From contig CAWJRC010000004.1 of assembly GCA_963845205.1 (NCBI GenBank), positions 105,040 to 169,039 on the forward strand: a DNA stretch of 64,000 bases, in the 5' to 3' direction. The notes beneath the pieces were generated by a model that saw only the letters and a list, made by a program, of their open reading frames with translations, did not search any database and was not told the origin of the DNA. The DNA is from an uncultured archaeon (GTDB taxonomy: Archaea; Nanobdellota; Nanobdellia; Pacearchaeales; GW2011-AR1). Shown here one piece after another: positions 9,784-19,729 of this stretch (its first letter is position 1; every line of letters begins with the position of its first letter). The translations under genes and the position numbers were made by a program.

Positions 9784-10530
9784 ATGATAGATATAACGGG
9801 AAAACAAGATGCAATTGCTATAAAAGAAGAATATCAAAAAGCATTGAATTATACCCATGAAGAAGTTAAGAAAAAAGTAGAATGGCTTTATGGAATGAAT
9901 CATAAATTAAAAGATAATCTTGCATTAGCCCAGAAATATAAAAAAGACCTTGTTGCAGATGAAGAAGCCAAGGATAAGGAATATGCTAATTTGAATAACC
10001 TCTTGATAAAAGAAACAAATTTTGAGAAAGAAATGTTAAAAACTTCTCAAAAAGGAAAGAAATCTTCCATAACTAAAATTAAACCAAAATTCAAAGATGT
10101 AGATGAAGTTAGATTTAATGCGATGCAAGATTATCTTGACAAATATCCTGAATATGCTTCTAAATCAAGTTTTAAAAAAATATTAGATAAAATAAGTGAA
10201 GTTGAAAAAGGAATTAAAGATACAAAGAAAAATTATAATCGTTCTGTTTCAGAAGTTTTGAGAGAAATCTCTTATTGGTCAAGGAATTATATGGAAGCAG
10301 AGAATCTTGTCAAAAAATTTAAAGAACAGATTAAAGAAGCAAAAGAGAAATTAAGTAAAATGAGATATTTACGAAGTATTGCATATAAGTTAGCAAGTGA
10401 AAAAGAAAAAATGAAAGTAAATATCCATACTCTTTATTATCGAATAGATGAAATGGAAGATACAATTAGAAAATTAAATGAAGAATATGAAAAAGCAAGA
10501 AGACAAGATTTAGAAGAGATGGAATATTAA
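9784..10530 (+). CDS. Coiled-coil protein with LemA-like central segment
   Basis: YPEYASKSSFKKILDKISEVEKGIKDTKKNYNRSV resembles the LemA YPxL...F..L...I...E..I...R..YN pattern; no transmembrane anchor. Confidence 0.55.
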   Translation: MIDITGKQDAIAIKEEYQKALNYTHEEVKKKVEWLYGMNHKLKDNLALAQKYKKDLVADEEAKDKEYANLNNLLIKETNFEKEMLKTSQKGKKSSITKIKPKFKDVDEVRFNAMQDYLDKYPEYASKSSFKKILDKISEVEKGIKDTKKNYNRSVSEVLREISYWSRNYMEAENLVKKFKEQIKEAKEKLSKMRYLRSIAYKLASEKEKMKVNIHTLYYRIDEMEDTIRKLNEEYEKARRQDLEEMEY

Positions 10531-10533
10531 TAA

Positions 10534-10588
10534 AAAAAGCCACACCTCTTAACACCATTATCCAAGCCACGAATACTTAACACTCTCA
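10534..10588 (+). repeat. 55-bp element end, copy A, with two internal AAGCCAC-N5/6-TTAACA units
   Basis: 49/55 ungapped identity to the reverse complement of 61127-61181; last 26 nt identical. Confidence 0.92.
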
Positions 10589-10775
10589 ATCTGAGTAAGA
10601 TTTAAAAACCTTCTTTAGTTTTGATATTTGAGAAATGTCTATTAGATTATAAATTATATTCATATTCATATCACATTTCCTGTTCATTTTTTAAGGAAAG
10701 TAGAGTAGTTCGTAACTTTAGATATTTCTTGGAATCATAGATTTCAGACAAAATTAAATTTAAGGAAAGAAAAAA

Positions 10776-11921
10776 ATGGCAAAAGTAAGTCCGGTATCAA
10801 TAAAATATATGATACATGCAAATTTCTCAGCAGAGGGATCTCTGGAGAAGCCTGACGTAATCGGAGCTGTATTTGGACAGACAGAAGGGCTTTTAGGAGC
10901 TGAACTTGAGATGAGAGAACTGCAAAAAGAAGGAAAAATAGGAAGAATTGAAGTTGATTTGCATAAAGAAGGCAAAAGAACTGTGGGAGTTATAAAAATC
11001 CCTACTGCCTTGGATCAGAGTGAGACGACTTTGATTGCCGCTGCAATTGAAACAATAGAAAGAATAGGGCCTTGCGATTCACAAATCTCAGTTGAAAGAA
11101 TTGAAGATGTAAGAGGAAGCAAGAGAGATTATATTGTTGAAAGAGCAAAGAAATTGATGCAGGAAATTAAGGGTAAAACCGATTCAAGAGAAATTTCTGC
11201 AGAAATAAAGGATTCTACAAGAATCGCAGGAATCAAAGAATACGGAGAGAATAAGTTGCCTTGCGGAGATATATCAGGAAAAGAACTGATTGTTGTTGAA
11301 GGAAGAGCAGATGTTGTCAATCTGATAAGAAACGGAGTAAATAATGTTATCGGGATGAACGGAACAAAACTTCCTGATGAAATCAGGGAATTAGGGAAGG
11401 AAAAAGAAATAACATTGTTTGTAGATGGCGACAGAGGCGGAAAACTCATTGCACAGAACGTAGTTGAAAATGCAAATATTGCATACATTGCTACTGCTCC
11501 TGACGGAAAAGAAGTCGAGGAATTAGCAGGCAAAGAGATCTTGATGAACTTAAGGAAAAAAGTTCCTGTTAAGGAATTTTTTTCCGGTTCTCAGGACCGA
11601 AATAGAACCATAGAAAAGAAAGTAGAAGAAGAATTTGAGTTAAGCATTGACAGAAAAAATAAACTTAAAGAAATTTCAAAAAAGAATGAAGGAAGCGGAA
11701 AAGCTATTCTTCTTAATAATTCTCTGAATGAAATAAAAAGCATTTCAGTAAAAAGTCTTGCAGGAACCTTGCATAGAATAAGAGACAGACCAACAGCAGT
11801 TGTTATTGACGGAACAGCAACAGTTTCTATCATAAGTACATTAGAGGAAATTAACTGCAAGGTTATTGTAGCGAAGAATTTCGCAACAACAGACACAAAG
11901 ATTAAATTATTGAGTTTGTAA
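10776..11921 (+). CDS. dnaG: Archaeal DnaG (TOPRIM; primase/exosome-associated)
   Basis: KPDVIGAVFGQTEGLLG, IVVEGRADV, FVDGDRGG. Confidence 0.95.
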   Translation: MAKVSPVSIKYMIHANFSAEGSLEKPDVIGAVFGQTEGLLGAELEMRELQKEGKIGRIEVDLHKEGKRTVGVIKIPTALDQSETTLIAAAIETIERIGPCDSQISVERIEDVRGSKRDYIVERAKKLMQEIKGKTDSREISAEIKDSTRIAGIKEYGENKLPCGDISGKELIVVEGRADVVNLIRNGVNNVIGMNGTKLPDEIRELGKEKEITLFVDGDRGGKLIAQNVVENANIAYIATAPDGKEVEELAGKEILMNLRKKVPVKEFFSGSQDRNRTIEKKVEEEFELSIDRKNKLKEISKKNEGSGKAILLNNSLNEIKSISVKSLAGTLHRIRDRPTAVVIDGTATVSIISTLEEINCKVIVAKNFATTDTKIKLLSL

Positions 11922-11940
11922 ATAAATCTTTAAAGTTAAA

Positions 11941-12321
11941 ATGAAAGGGAGTTCGATAGAAGATTGTGTGAAAGAAGCTGAAAAAATAATTTCTAAATAC
12001 GGAATTTGTTTGTTATTATTTGATGTTAAGAATTCTAAAGGATTTGATAACGGGCAAAGATTACAGAAACAATTGGAAAGCATGATCAAGGATTTAAATG
12101 AAAAATTTTCTAAATATTTTCCTGAAACCGATATAGCAACTTATGTAAGAAAAGAAAGGGGTTTTATGGTTTTATTAGGGGATGGTTCATGGGCAGGAAT
12201 TGATTCTTCTGAAGCAATAAAAAAAATAGTTGAATATCAAAAAGAAAATTATCCAGACATACCCTTATATTGGGATGTAGCAAAGGACGGATTTGATGAA
12301 AGAACAAAGATTGTCAGATAA
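11941..12321 (+). CDS. SatD-like or class III nucleotide-cyclase-fold small protein
   Basis: LLLFDVKNSK and FMVLLGDG acidic motifs with cyclase-like spacing. Confidence 0.45.
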   Translation: MKGSSIEDCVKEAEKIISKYGICLLLFDVKNSKGFDNGQRLQKQLESMIKDLNEKFSKYFPETDIATYVRKERGFMVLLGDGSWAGIDSSEAIKKIVEYQKENYPDIPLYWDVAKDGFDERTKIVR

Positions 12322-12351
12322 TTCTTTAAATTTCAATTTCTTTGATTTTTC

Positions 12352-13125
12352 ATGATAAGATTCGGCCCAGCAGGAATAGGCCCTGTTAAAGAAGCAATTT
12401 CTAATCTTGAAATGTATCATAAACTTGGATTGAAAGCTTGTGAAATCGCTTTTACTTATGGAATTTACATAAAACAAAGGGAAGATGCAATTAAGATTGG
12501 GAAGAAAGCCAAAGAACTAGGAATTAAGTTAAGCATCCATGCTCCTTACTGGATTAACCTTAATTCAAAAGAGAAGAAAAAAATAGAAGAAAGCAAAAAA
12601 AGAATTCTTGACTGTTGCAAAATAGGGACTTTAATGCACGTTCACAGAATTGTTTTCCATGCTGGATTTTATTCTGGAATGGATAAGAAAGAGACTTATG
12701 AAAACATAAAAAAGGCTATTCTAGAAATGCAGGAAGAAATTAAAAAAGAAAAGTATACTTCAAAATTAGCTCCTGAAGTTATGGGTAAGATAAATGTTTT
12801 TGGAAGCGTTGAAGAAATAAGCAAATTGGTTAAGGAAACAGGCTGCAGTTTTTGCATCGATTTTGCACATGTTCTTGCAAGATACAAAAGTTACAGAGTG
12901 AAAGAGACACTTAGTGAATTTGGAAATGCGAAGGAGTTTCATATTCATTTTTCAGGGATTGATTACGGAGAAAAGGGGGAGAAAAATCATAAAAGAACTT
13001 CTGAAAAAGAATGGGAAAAATTAATCTCAGAACTACCAAAAAATAAAGAAATAACTATAATTAATGAAAGCCCAGACCCAATTAAGGATTCAATAATCGG
13101 GATGGAGATCTATAGCGCGAAATAA
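12352..13125 (+). CDS. nfo: Endonuclease IV (AP endonuclease family 2)
   Basis: SIHAPYWINL, VFHAGF, PEVMGK, CIDFAH, HIHFSGI. Confidence 0.92.
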   Translation: MIRFGPAGIGPVKEAISNLEMYHKLGLKACEIAFTYGIYIKQREDAIKIGKKAKELGIKLSIHAPYWINLNSKEKKKIEESKKRILDCCKIGTLMHVHRIVFHAGFYSGMDKKETYENIKKAILEMQEEIKKEKYTSKLAPEVMGKINVFGSVEEISKLVKETGCSFCIDFAHVLARYKSYRVKETLSEFGNAKEFHIHFSGIDYGEKGEKNHKRTSEKEWEKLISELPKNKEITIINESPDPIKDSIIGMEIYSAK

Positions 13126-13543
13126 TAAAATAATCTCTTTTGTAAAATTCATCTCTAATTTCATCGATAAGACTTCGTTTTGGATCAGGAACTGCGATAT
13201 ATTGATTTTTTAAAGAAACTTTATCACTATTCGAGAAAATGTCGAAATCGTTTTTCCCTAAGGTAATAACTTTTTTTTCTGAGTTTATTAAAAATAAGAT
13301 ATCTGAATTTTTTCCTATGAGAGTAAAGCCTCTTGCATAAATATCTTCTTCCAATTTTACGGGATTCCCCTCTTTATCTGTATAATTTATTCCAAACATA
13401 ATCTGATTAATCTCATTATTTTCATTGGAATTAAAGTAAAGTAAGCTTCTTTCACTACCTGTAAGAACATCAAATATATTTTTGTTCTCAGCTATTTCAG
13501 AGGGGGAAGATTTTTTATAGAGTTTGTAATTTAAAGTCTTCAT
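13082..13543 (-). CDS. Hypothetical protein
   Basis: 153 aa ORF with upstream TATA-like box. Confidence 0.55.
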   Translation of the reverse strand: MKTLNYKLYKKSSPSEIAENKNIFDVLTGSERSLLYFNSNENNEINQIMFGINYTDKEGNPVKLEEDIYARGFTLIGKNSDILFLINSEKKVITLGKNDFDIFSNSDKVSLKNQYIAVPDPKRSLIDEIRDEFYKRDYFIISRYRSPSRLLNP

Positions 13544-13706
13544 AAATCATGAAAAGAGTTATGGTTTTTAAATTTTCCGAGGCTATTTCACTGTTTGTTA
13601 CTTACATTCAGTTCATCTTTAATAGATGATTATGTTGTCACCATAAAGTTTATAAATGATTTTCAGCTTTTTAAAATTACAGAAAACTAAGTTTTTCTGC
13701 AATTAA

Positions 13707-14909
13707 ATGATGGATAAAAAAATTAGAAAAATGAATACCAAAAATACTTTGGTTTCTTTTTTGTTAATCGCAAGTGTTTTGTTCTTGGCAAGTGCTGTAA
13801 GTGCCCTTGGAACTAATCAGGAAAACGTCCAAGTTAATAACATCGCTGTTGTTAATGGAGGATATTCAACTAATACAGTTGTTAGTATTAATGCTGGAGA
13901 TACAATAACTGTTCAAGTAGCATTTAATGCAACTGTTGACGCTACCAATGTTAGAATAAAAGCAACACTTGAAGGGAATAGTAATGACGTAATGGTTGTT
14001 ACTCCAAACTTTGATGTTATAAAAGGAAATACATATGTACAAACCTTAACATTAAAAGTTCCTTCAGATTTTCAAGATAATAATCTGAACGAAAATTTAC
14101 CTTTAGATATCCAAATTTTGGATTCAAATGGTTATGTTGATACAGAATACAGCAGTATTCCATTAACAGTTCAAAGACCTTCATATGATCTTGCTATTGA
14201 ATCAGTAAATGTAGACAACACAGTTTCTGCTGGACAATCTGTTCCAGTTAGTTTTACTGTAAAAAATGTTGGTTACAACAATGCTGATGACGTTTATGTA
14301 ACTTTAAGCATACCAGAACTTAACATTCAGAAAACAGTCTATCTTGGAGATCTTGTAACTCAAAATTTTGAGGATTACAATGCTTCAGATAATAATAACG
14401 ACCAAGTTACTGCTAGCGGAACAGTTAATCTAGACATCCCATACAATGCATCAGGGGATTATACCCTTACGATTCAAGCTGGAAATGATCAAGAAGTAAG
14501 TACTGCCACACAAGTAATAACCGTAAATAACAATGTTCCTAACATTGCTATACAATCTGGAAATGATTTGACATTGCTTAACCCTACAAACCAATTAGCG
14601 GTTTACACAGTTAAGTACAATTCAACTCAGCAAACAGTCGTTGTTCCTGCTGAATCAAGCAGTAATGTTCCGATAACCGTTCCAACGAGCGGAACTTACC
14701 AGTTTGATGTATCAGTTTACTCTGGAGACACTCTATTAAGTACTGTTAACTACAGCGGTTCAAATCCAAGCACAGCAACTTTGACAAATCCGGTATTCGT
14801 ACTGACAGGCATATTAGCAATAATATTCCTTGTTTTGTTAGTTGTATTAGTTGTTTTGATAACAAAGAAACCTCAAAAAACTGAAGAGTTCGGCGAAAGT
14901 TACTATTAA
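13707..14909 (+). CDS. Cell-surface, S-layer-like protein with CARDB/Ig-like domains and C-terminal membrane anchor
   Basis: Signal peptide, VSAGQSVPVSFTVKNVG Ig-like strands, N-glycosylation sequons, C-terminal TM plus KKPQKTEEFGESYY. Confidence 0.8.
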   Translation: MMDKKIRKMNTKNTLVSFLLIASVLFLASAVSALGTNQENVQVNNIAVVNGGYSTNTVVSINAGDTITVQVAFNATVDATNVRIKATLEGNSNDVMVVTPNFDVIKGNTYVQTLTLKVPSDFQDNNLNENLPLDIQILDSNGYVDTEYSSIPLTVQRPSYDLAIESVNVDNTVSAGQSVPVSFTVKNVGYNNADDVYVTLSIPELNIQKTVYLGDLVTQNFEDYNASDNNNDQVTASGTVNLDIPYNASGDYTLTIQAGNDQEVSTATQVITVNNNVPNIAIQSGNDLTLLNPTNQLAVYTVKYNSTQQTVVVPAESSSNVPITVPTSGTYQFDVSVYSGDTLLSTVNYSGSNPSTATLTNPVFVLTGILAIIFLVLLVVLVVLITKKPQKTEEFGESYY

Positions 14910-14915
14910 AGATCC

Positions 14916-14942
14916 TTTATTTTTTTTATTTTTTTTATTTTA
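14916..14942 (+). terminator. T-tract terminator
   Basis: Repeated T8A tracts immediately after the stop of the surface-protein gene. Confidence 0.55.
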
Positions 14943-15013
14943 AGTTTCTATTTTTTAGAGATGTGACTACTAAAAAATGAAAAATATATAAATATCTAAT
15001 TCTTGAAATTTAA

Positions 15014-15547
15014 ATGGAAAGTGAAAGCCGGAAAAATATTGAAGGGAAAATCTTGTTTTTAGATAGAGAAAACATTAACACAGATGAAATCATACCCGCA
15101 AAATATTTGACAGAAGGGGAAAAAGAAGACTTGAAACAATATTTGTTGGAAGATTTAATTCTTGAAGATTTTAATTCCAAAAAAGATGTAGAAGGAAAAT
15201 CTATTATCGTAAGCAGAACAAATTTCGGCTGCGGTTCTTCAAGAGAACATGCTGTATGGGCATTGGAGCAAAATGGGATATATGCAGTTATCGCTGAAAG
15301 TTTTGGAAGCATTTTCAAAAGAAACATGTTCAATGAAGCATTGCTTGCAATTGAACTTTCAAAAGACAAAATAGACAGATTGTTCAGATATAACAAAGAT
15401 ATCACTGCAAAAATTTATTTTGATGACTCTAAAATAGATATAATAGACAAAGACCAAACTGAAGAGTTTGATTTTAAATTGTCAGACTTTGACAGGGCAG
15501 TTTTCGAGGCAAGCGGTTGGGTTAATTACGCTGATAAAAGATATTAA
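15014..15547 (+). CDS. leuD: 3-isopropylmalate dehydratase or homoaconitase small subunit
   Basis: NINTDEIIPAKYL, NFGCGSSREHAVWAL, IAESFGSIF. Confidence 0.93.
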   Translation: MESESRKNIEGKILFLDRENINTDEIIPAKYLTEGEKEDLKQYLLEDLILEDFNSKKDVEGKSIIVSRTNFGCGSSREHAVWALEQNGIYAVIAESFGSIFKRNMFNEALLAIELSKDKIDRLFRYNKDITAKIYFDDSKIDIIDKDQTEEFDFKLSDFDRAVFEASGWVNYADKRY

Positions 15548-15568
15548 TAAACAGGCAGATATCTAAAA

Positions 15569-15901
15569 ATGTCAAGAAGACCTAAGAACAAGAGAGAAAG
15601 ATTAAGACGAAAAAGAGAGGAAGAATTATCTAAAAATTTAGAAGAAAAGGTCATTAACATTCCGGTTTACAGCGATGAAAATGGAAGGTTCATCTATTAT
15701 CATTGCGATGGGAGAGGATATCTTCCTTTTTGTGATGGAACACGTCATTTTGGGGAGATTTGGAATAACAGAAAATGCGTAAGGGAAAAATGCTGGTACT
15801 ATAAAGAAATAAGAATGAACATTGAAGACATAGGAAAAGACATAAAATTATACATTCCAAAAGAAGGAATTTTCCCTAGGGAAGTTTATCAATTACATTA
15901 A
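15569..15901 (+). CDS. Hypothetical protein with Cys/His cluster
   Basis: PFCDGTRH...KCVREKCWYY. Confidence 0.55.
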   Translation: MSRRPKNKRERLRRKREEELSKNLEEKVINIPVYSDENGRFIYYHCDGRGYLPFCDGTRHFGEIWNNRKCVREKCWYYKEIRMNIEDIGKDIKLYIPKEGIFPREVYQLH

Positions 15902-15929
15902 TAAATTAAAAATTATTGATAATTTTAAG

Positions 15930-16826
15930 ATGGTGAATTTAATATTTTGGCCTTTAATTTTTGCGATCATTTCTCCGTTTATTTTGGGATTTGTTAATAT
16001 ACTAGATAAATTTGTCATCTCCAACAAGGTCAAAAGTCCCATTGGCTTTACAATTATTGCAGGGATTGTAACTTCCACTATCGGAATTATTATTGCGGTA
16101 TTTTTAAACTGGAAAAATGTAACGATTACGGATTTGATATTCCCTACAATGGCAGGAATTATTTTCGGCTTTCAGTATATCCTTTATTATTTGATGCTAA
16201 AAAAGGAAGATGTAGCAAATATAATTGGATGGGAATATGTCTATCCCATAATTGTTGGAATCTTATCTTTCTTGTTTCTGAATGAAGTTATTCCTCTTAT
16301 CAGCTATATTGGGATGTTTTTTATTTTATCGGGTGCGACTACAATCTCTATGAAAAGGGGTAAAATAAGATTTAAAGTTGCTATATGGTCGATAGTCTTA
16401 TTTATTTTAATAACCGCATTTTATGAATTTTTCATAAAAATAAGTACTATAACTCTCTCGGCAATAAACGGAATATCAGTAAGCTGTATTTTTGTCGGAG
16501 TTGTAATGCTACCCGGCTTGTTAAATAAAAAAATAAGAAAAGGATTTTTAAGAGAAATGAAAAATTTAAAATGGGCTATACTCAATGAAAGCTTGACTGT
16601 TCTGGGAATAGCATTTATATTTTTTGCAATGGCAGGACTTCCCGCAACAATTGTTTCTTCTGTTGCAGCAATTCAACCTTTCGCTGTTTTGATTCTGGAA
16701 TTTTCAGCCAGCAAGATTGGGGTGAAAATAACAACCGATACAGATTTTAAAAAGAAAGCTTTTTCAATTTTATTAATTGTTATTGGAGTTGTATTATTGT
16801 ATCTTCCCGAGTTAATTAAAGTTTAA
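15930..16826 (+). CDS. EamA/DMT family transporter
   Basis: About 10 TM helices in two repeats; LSFLFLNEVI motif. Confidence 0.85.
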   Translation: MVNLIFWPLIFAIISPFILGFVNILDKFVISNKVKSPIGFTIIAGIVTSTIGIIIAVFLNWKNVTITDLIFPTMAGIIFGFQYILYYLMLKKEDVANIIGWEYVYPIIVGILSFLFLNEVIPLISYIGMFFILSGATTISMKRGKIRFKVAIWSIVLFILITAFYEFFIKISTITLSAINGISVSCIFVGVVMLPGLLNKKIRKGFLREMKNLKWAILNESLTVLGIAFIFFAMAGLPATIVSSVAAIQPFAVLILEFSASKIGVKITTDTDFKKKAFSILLIVIGVVLLYLPELIKV

Positions 16827-19678
16827 ATTTTCAGACTCACAATCTTGCTGACTCCATCGTGCATGCTGACTCCGTAAAGGTTTGTTGAATTTGAAATAAC
16901 TTCATCATTGTGGGTTATTACTATATACTGTCCTTTTTGCATATATTTCTTCAAAAGATCTGCAAGGCGCTCTGAATTTCTTTTATCAAGAGCAGAATCA
17001 ATTTCATCAAAGATGTAAAAGTAATACGGCTTAAGTTCCTGAATTGCAAAGATTAATGACAATGCAACAAGAGTCTGTTCCCCTCCCGATAATGACTTTA
17101 CATCAAAATATTTTCCATGCCCTGTCTTTACGATTATATTTATTCCGCCGTTAAAGGGCTCTTTCTTGTCTTCCAAATCCAAAAATACATGTCCTTTCTG
17201 GCTGAGCTGTGAAAAATTTCTAGTAAAAATTTCATTTATAGAATTTAAAGTCTGCATGAATGTTTTTTTCTTCTTTATATCGATCTCATGAATTATCTTA
17301 AGAATCCCTTCTTTTTCTTTTCCTATGATTTCTGTTTTCTCTTTTATGGAATCATACTCTTTTTTTATTGAATCGTAAACTTCAAGCGAACGAAGGTTTA
17401 CGCTCCCTATCTGGGACAGCTGTTCCTGAGTTTTAGCTAATCTTTCCGCAAGAACTTCCTTGTTTGCTTTTATTATCTCAACATCAGGGAAACCAAGCAT
17501 TTCTGTTTCAAGATTTTCAATTTCAGCGTTTATTCTAGCAGAGTCAATTTTAAAATTATTAAATTCCTGTTCAAGGCTGTAAACTATATTCTGCTTGTTT
17601 GAAATTTCTATCTCATTCTCCCTTATTTTTTTCTGAAGCGCATCCCGGTCTAAAATAAATTTCCTGAATTTTTCAGTAAGCTCTTCTTCCTGCTTTTTCT
17701 TTTTTTCAAGAATTTTTTCTTTTTCGTTTATGTCCTCTCTTATCTCTTCAAGTTCAGAAGCCAAGTCTTCTCTTTCCCTTATTAATTGCTTAAGAGAAGC
17801 CTTTGAGCGCTCAAGCTCTCTTGATTTGAAAGACATTTCTGAATCAAGATTCTCCTGGCTTCGCATTGAAATTTCCTGAACCTCTATTTTTGCAGTTTCA
17901 TACTTGTGTTCGATATTTGAATTTTCATCGAAGTTGGCTTCAAGATTTTTTTCTCTTTTAAGAAGTTCTGTAATCTCTCCTTTGAGATAATCAATTTTTT
18001 CCTGAAGGGATTTGATCTGGCTCTGCTTGTCATGAACATTTGAAAGCTTAATCAGATCCGAATTTCCTCTTGAGATATCCATATTTACCTGTTCTATCTC
18101 CTGATTTAGAATCTTTTTTTTGCCGTTTATATCATTAAGCTCTCTGTCTGAATTCCCTATCTCCTTGCGCAGCGATTCAATTTTCTCATAAATTTCTTTA
18201 TGCATAGATTCTATATGTTCCTTCGTTATCCTGCTTTGACACATCGGGCAAATATCCATCTTTGAAATTTTCTCAATTACCTTCTGCTGTTTATCAATTT
18301 CATATTCCCTGGCTGCTGAATGTTTTCCCAGATTCATTTCTTTCTGGTTAAGGGTTTCAAGAAGATTCTTCTTTTCTGCGAGAGAAGCTTTTAACGAATT
18401 TATTTTCTCGGTGGTTATTTTTGAATCAAAAAGCTCTTCTGAAACGGATTTTATCTGCTTAAGAAGAAAGTCAGATTCATTATTATAAGAATTAAGGGTT
18501 GTTTTTTTATCCTGAATCCTCTCCTTAATAGATTTAAGCTCTGATTTAATAGTGTAAAATTTTTTCCGCTGTTCTTCAAGTTTTTCAAGCTCCTGCTTTT
18601 TTGTCTCGATTTCTTTTTGATTTTTTACAGTTGATAATGGCCTCTGCAGTTCTTTCATGCCAAGTTCAAGATTTCTTATTGACTCCTGGGTCTCATCCTT
18701 CTCTTTTGAAACTGACGCAATTTTACTTTCATAATTTTCTTCCCGGACATTCATCCCTGCAAGTTCTGCACGGATATTCGCAATTTCCTGATTTAATCTC
18801 TCCTGTTCCAGTCCTGTTGATTTCTGGATTGTTGAATTTATTGAAGATATCTTTGATTCAAGATTTTCTATTGCGATACGAAGTTCTGAAATTATTTTTT
18901 TTTCTTTTTCTATCTCTTTATTTTTATTAGAAACTTTTGAACTTATTTCTTCTGAAATTTTTTTTCTGTGCGTTATGTCATTATAGATTATGCTTGCCTT
19001 GAATTTTTTTATATCTGATTCAAGTTTTTTGAATTTTAATGCCTGCTGCCTTTCTTTTTCAAGATTGTTGAGATAGATTGTCCTCTCTCTCAATATCGCA
19101 ATAACTTCCTTAAGTTTCTCCTCAGTTTTTTCAAGCTCACTCAAAGATTTTTCTTTTCTTGACTCGTATATCGATATTCCGGAAACTTCTTCTATAATTT
19201 TCCTTCTGTCCTCTGGCTGCATTCTTACAAAGTTCTGAATTTCCCCCTGAAGAACTATATTAAATCCGTTCGGGTCTATTCCTGCCTGAGCAAGCAAGAA
19301 AAGAACTTCCTGTCTTGTTTTTACTTCGTCATTTATTTTGTATATACTCTGCCCATTTCTTCTAACAATTCTTTTTATTGAAATTTCTTCTTTATCAATT
19401 GAAAAAACATGATCTTTATTGTCTATTACAATTTCAACTTCTGCTTCTTTTGCAGGAGCCGCGATTTTGCTTCCTAAAAAGATTAAATTTCCGGCTTTTG
19501 CTGCACGCATCGATTTTATGCTCAGTCTTCCAAGAACAAAACACAAGGCGTCAGAGATGTTACTTTTCCCGCTTCCGTTTGCCCCTACAATAACATTGAT
19601 TCCGGGAGCAAGTGGAACTTCTGTTTTCCTGACAAAACTTTTGAAGCCGTACATCACTAATTTTTTTATATAGAGCAT
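16823..19678 (-). CDS. smc: SMC-family ATPase, short, with central CxxC
   Basis: GFKSF, GANGSGKSN, LQGEI, LSGGE, IFDEIDSALD, ITH; coiled coils; CPMC at 18239-18250. Confidence 0.9.
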   Translation of the reverse strand: MLYIKKLVMYGFKSFVRKTEVPLAPGINVIVGANGSGKSNISDALCFVLGRLSIKSMRAAKAGNLIFLGSKIAAPAKEAEVEIVIDNKDHVFSIDKEEISIKRIVRRNGQSIYKINDEVKTRQEVLFLLAQAGIDPNGFNIVLQGEIQNFVRMQPEDRRKIIEEVSGISIYESRKEKSLSELEKTEEKLKEVIAILRERTIYLNNLEKERQQALKFKKLESDIKKFKASIIYNDITHRKKISEEISSKVSNKNKEIEKEKKIISELRIAIENLESKISSINSTIQKSTGLEQERLNQEIANIRAELAGMNVREENYESKIASVSKEKDETQESIRNLELGMKELQRPLSTVKNQKEIETKKQELEKLEEQRKKFYTIKSELKSIKERIQDKKTTLNSYNNESDFLLKQIKSVSEELFDSKITTEKINSLKASLAEKKNLLETLNQKEMNLGKHSAAREYEIDKQQKVIEKISKMDICPMCQSRITKEHIESMHKEIYEKIESLRKEIGNSDRELNDINGKKKILNQEIEQVNMDISRGNSDLIKLSNVHDKQSQIKSLQEKIDYLKGEITELLKREKNLEANFDENSNIEHKYETAKIEVQEISMRSQENLDSEMSFKSRELERSKASLKQLIREREDLASELEEIREDINEKEKILEKKKKQEEELTEKFRKFILDRDALQKKIRENEIEISNKQNIVYSLEQEFNNFKIDSARINAEIENLETEMLGFPDVEIIKANKEVLAERLAKTQEQLSQIGSVNLRSLEVYDSIKKEYDSIKEKTEIIGKEKEGILKIIHEIDIKKKKTFMQTLNSINEIFTRNFSQLSQKGHVFLDLEDKKEPFNGGINIIVKTGHGKYFDVKSLSGGEQTLVALSLIFAIQELKPYYFYIFDEIDSALDKRNSERLADLLKKYMQKGQYIVITHNDEVISNSTNLYGVSMHDGVSKIVSLKI

Positions 19679-19729
19679 TAAATAAAATAAGAAAGGAGAT
19701 TTTTTAAAGTTTAATGGGGTATTTTTTTA

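Larger units (their letters stand above)
9513..10588. mobile_element. Candidate non-autonomous cargo element with TG...CA ends and target duplication
   Basis: AATCTGAGT at 9505-9513 and 10588-10596 (core ATCTGAG 9506-9512 and 10589-10595); ends TGAGGG and CTCTCA; right end shared with 61127-61181. Confidence 0.75.

Noticed and set aside
9566..9814. 82-aa minus-strand ORF
   Set aside because: Antisense to the better supported 9615-9782 RHH gene
10534..10588. Integron attC interpretation of the 55-bp repeat (GTTAAGT cores; TAACA..CATTCAAGCC resembles an attC left half)
   Set aside because: No complementary right half, so no attC hairpin; cores are in direct repeat; no intI seen; the target duplication fits an element end better
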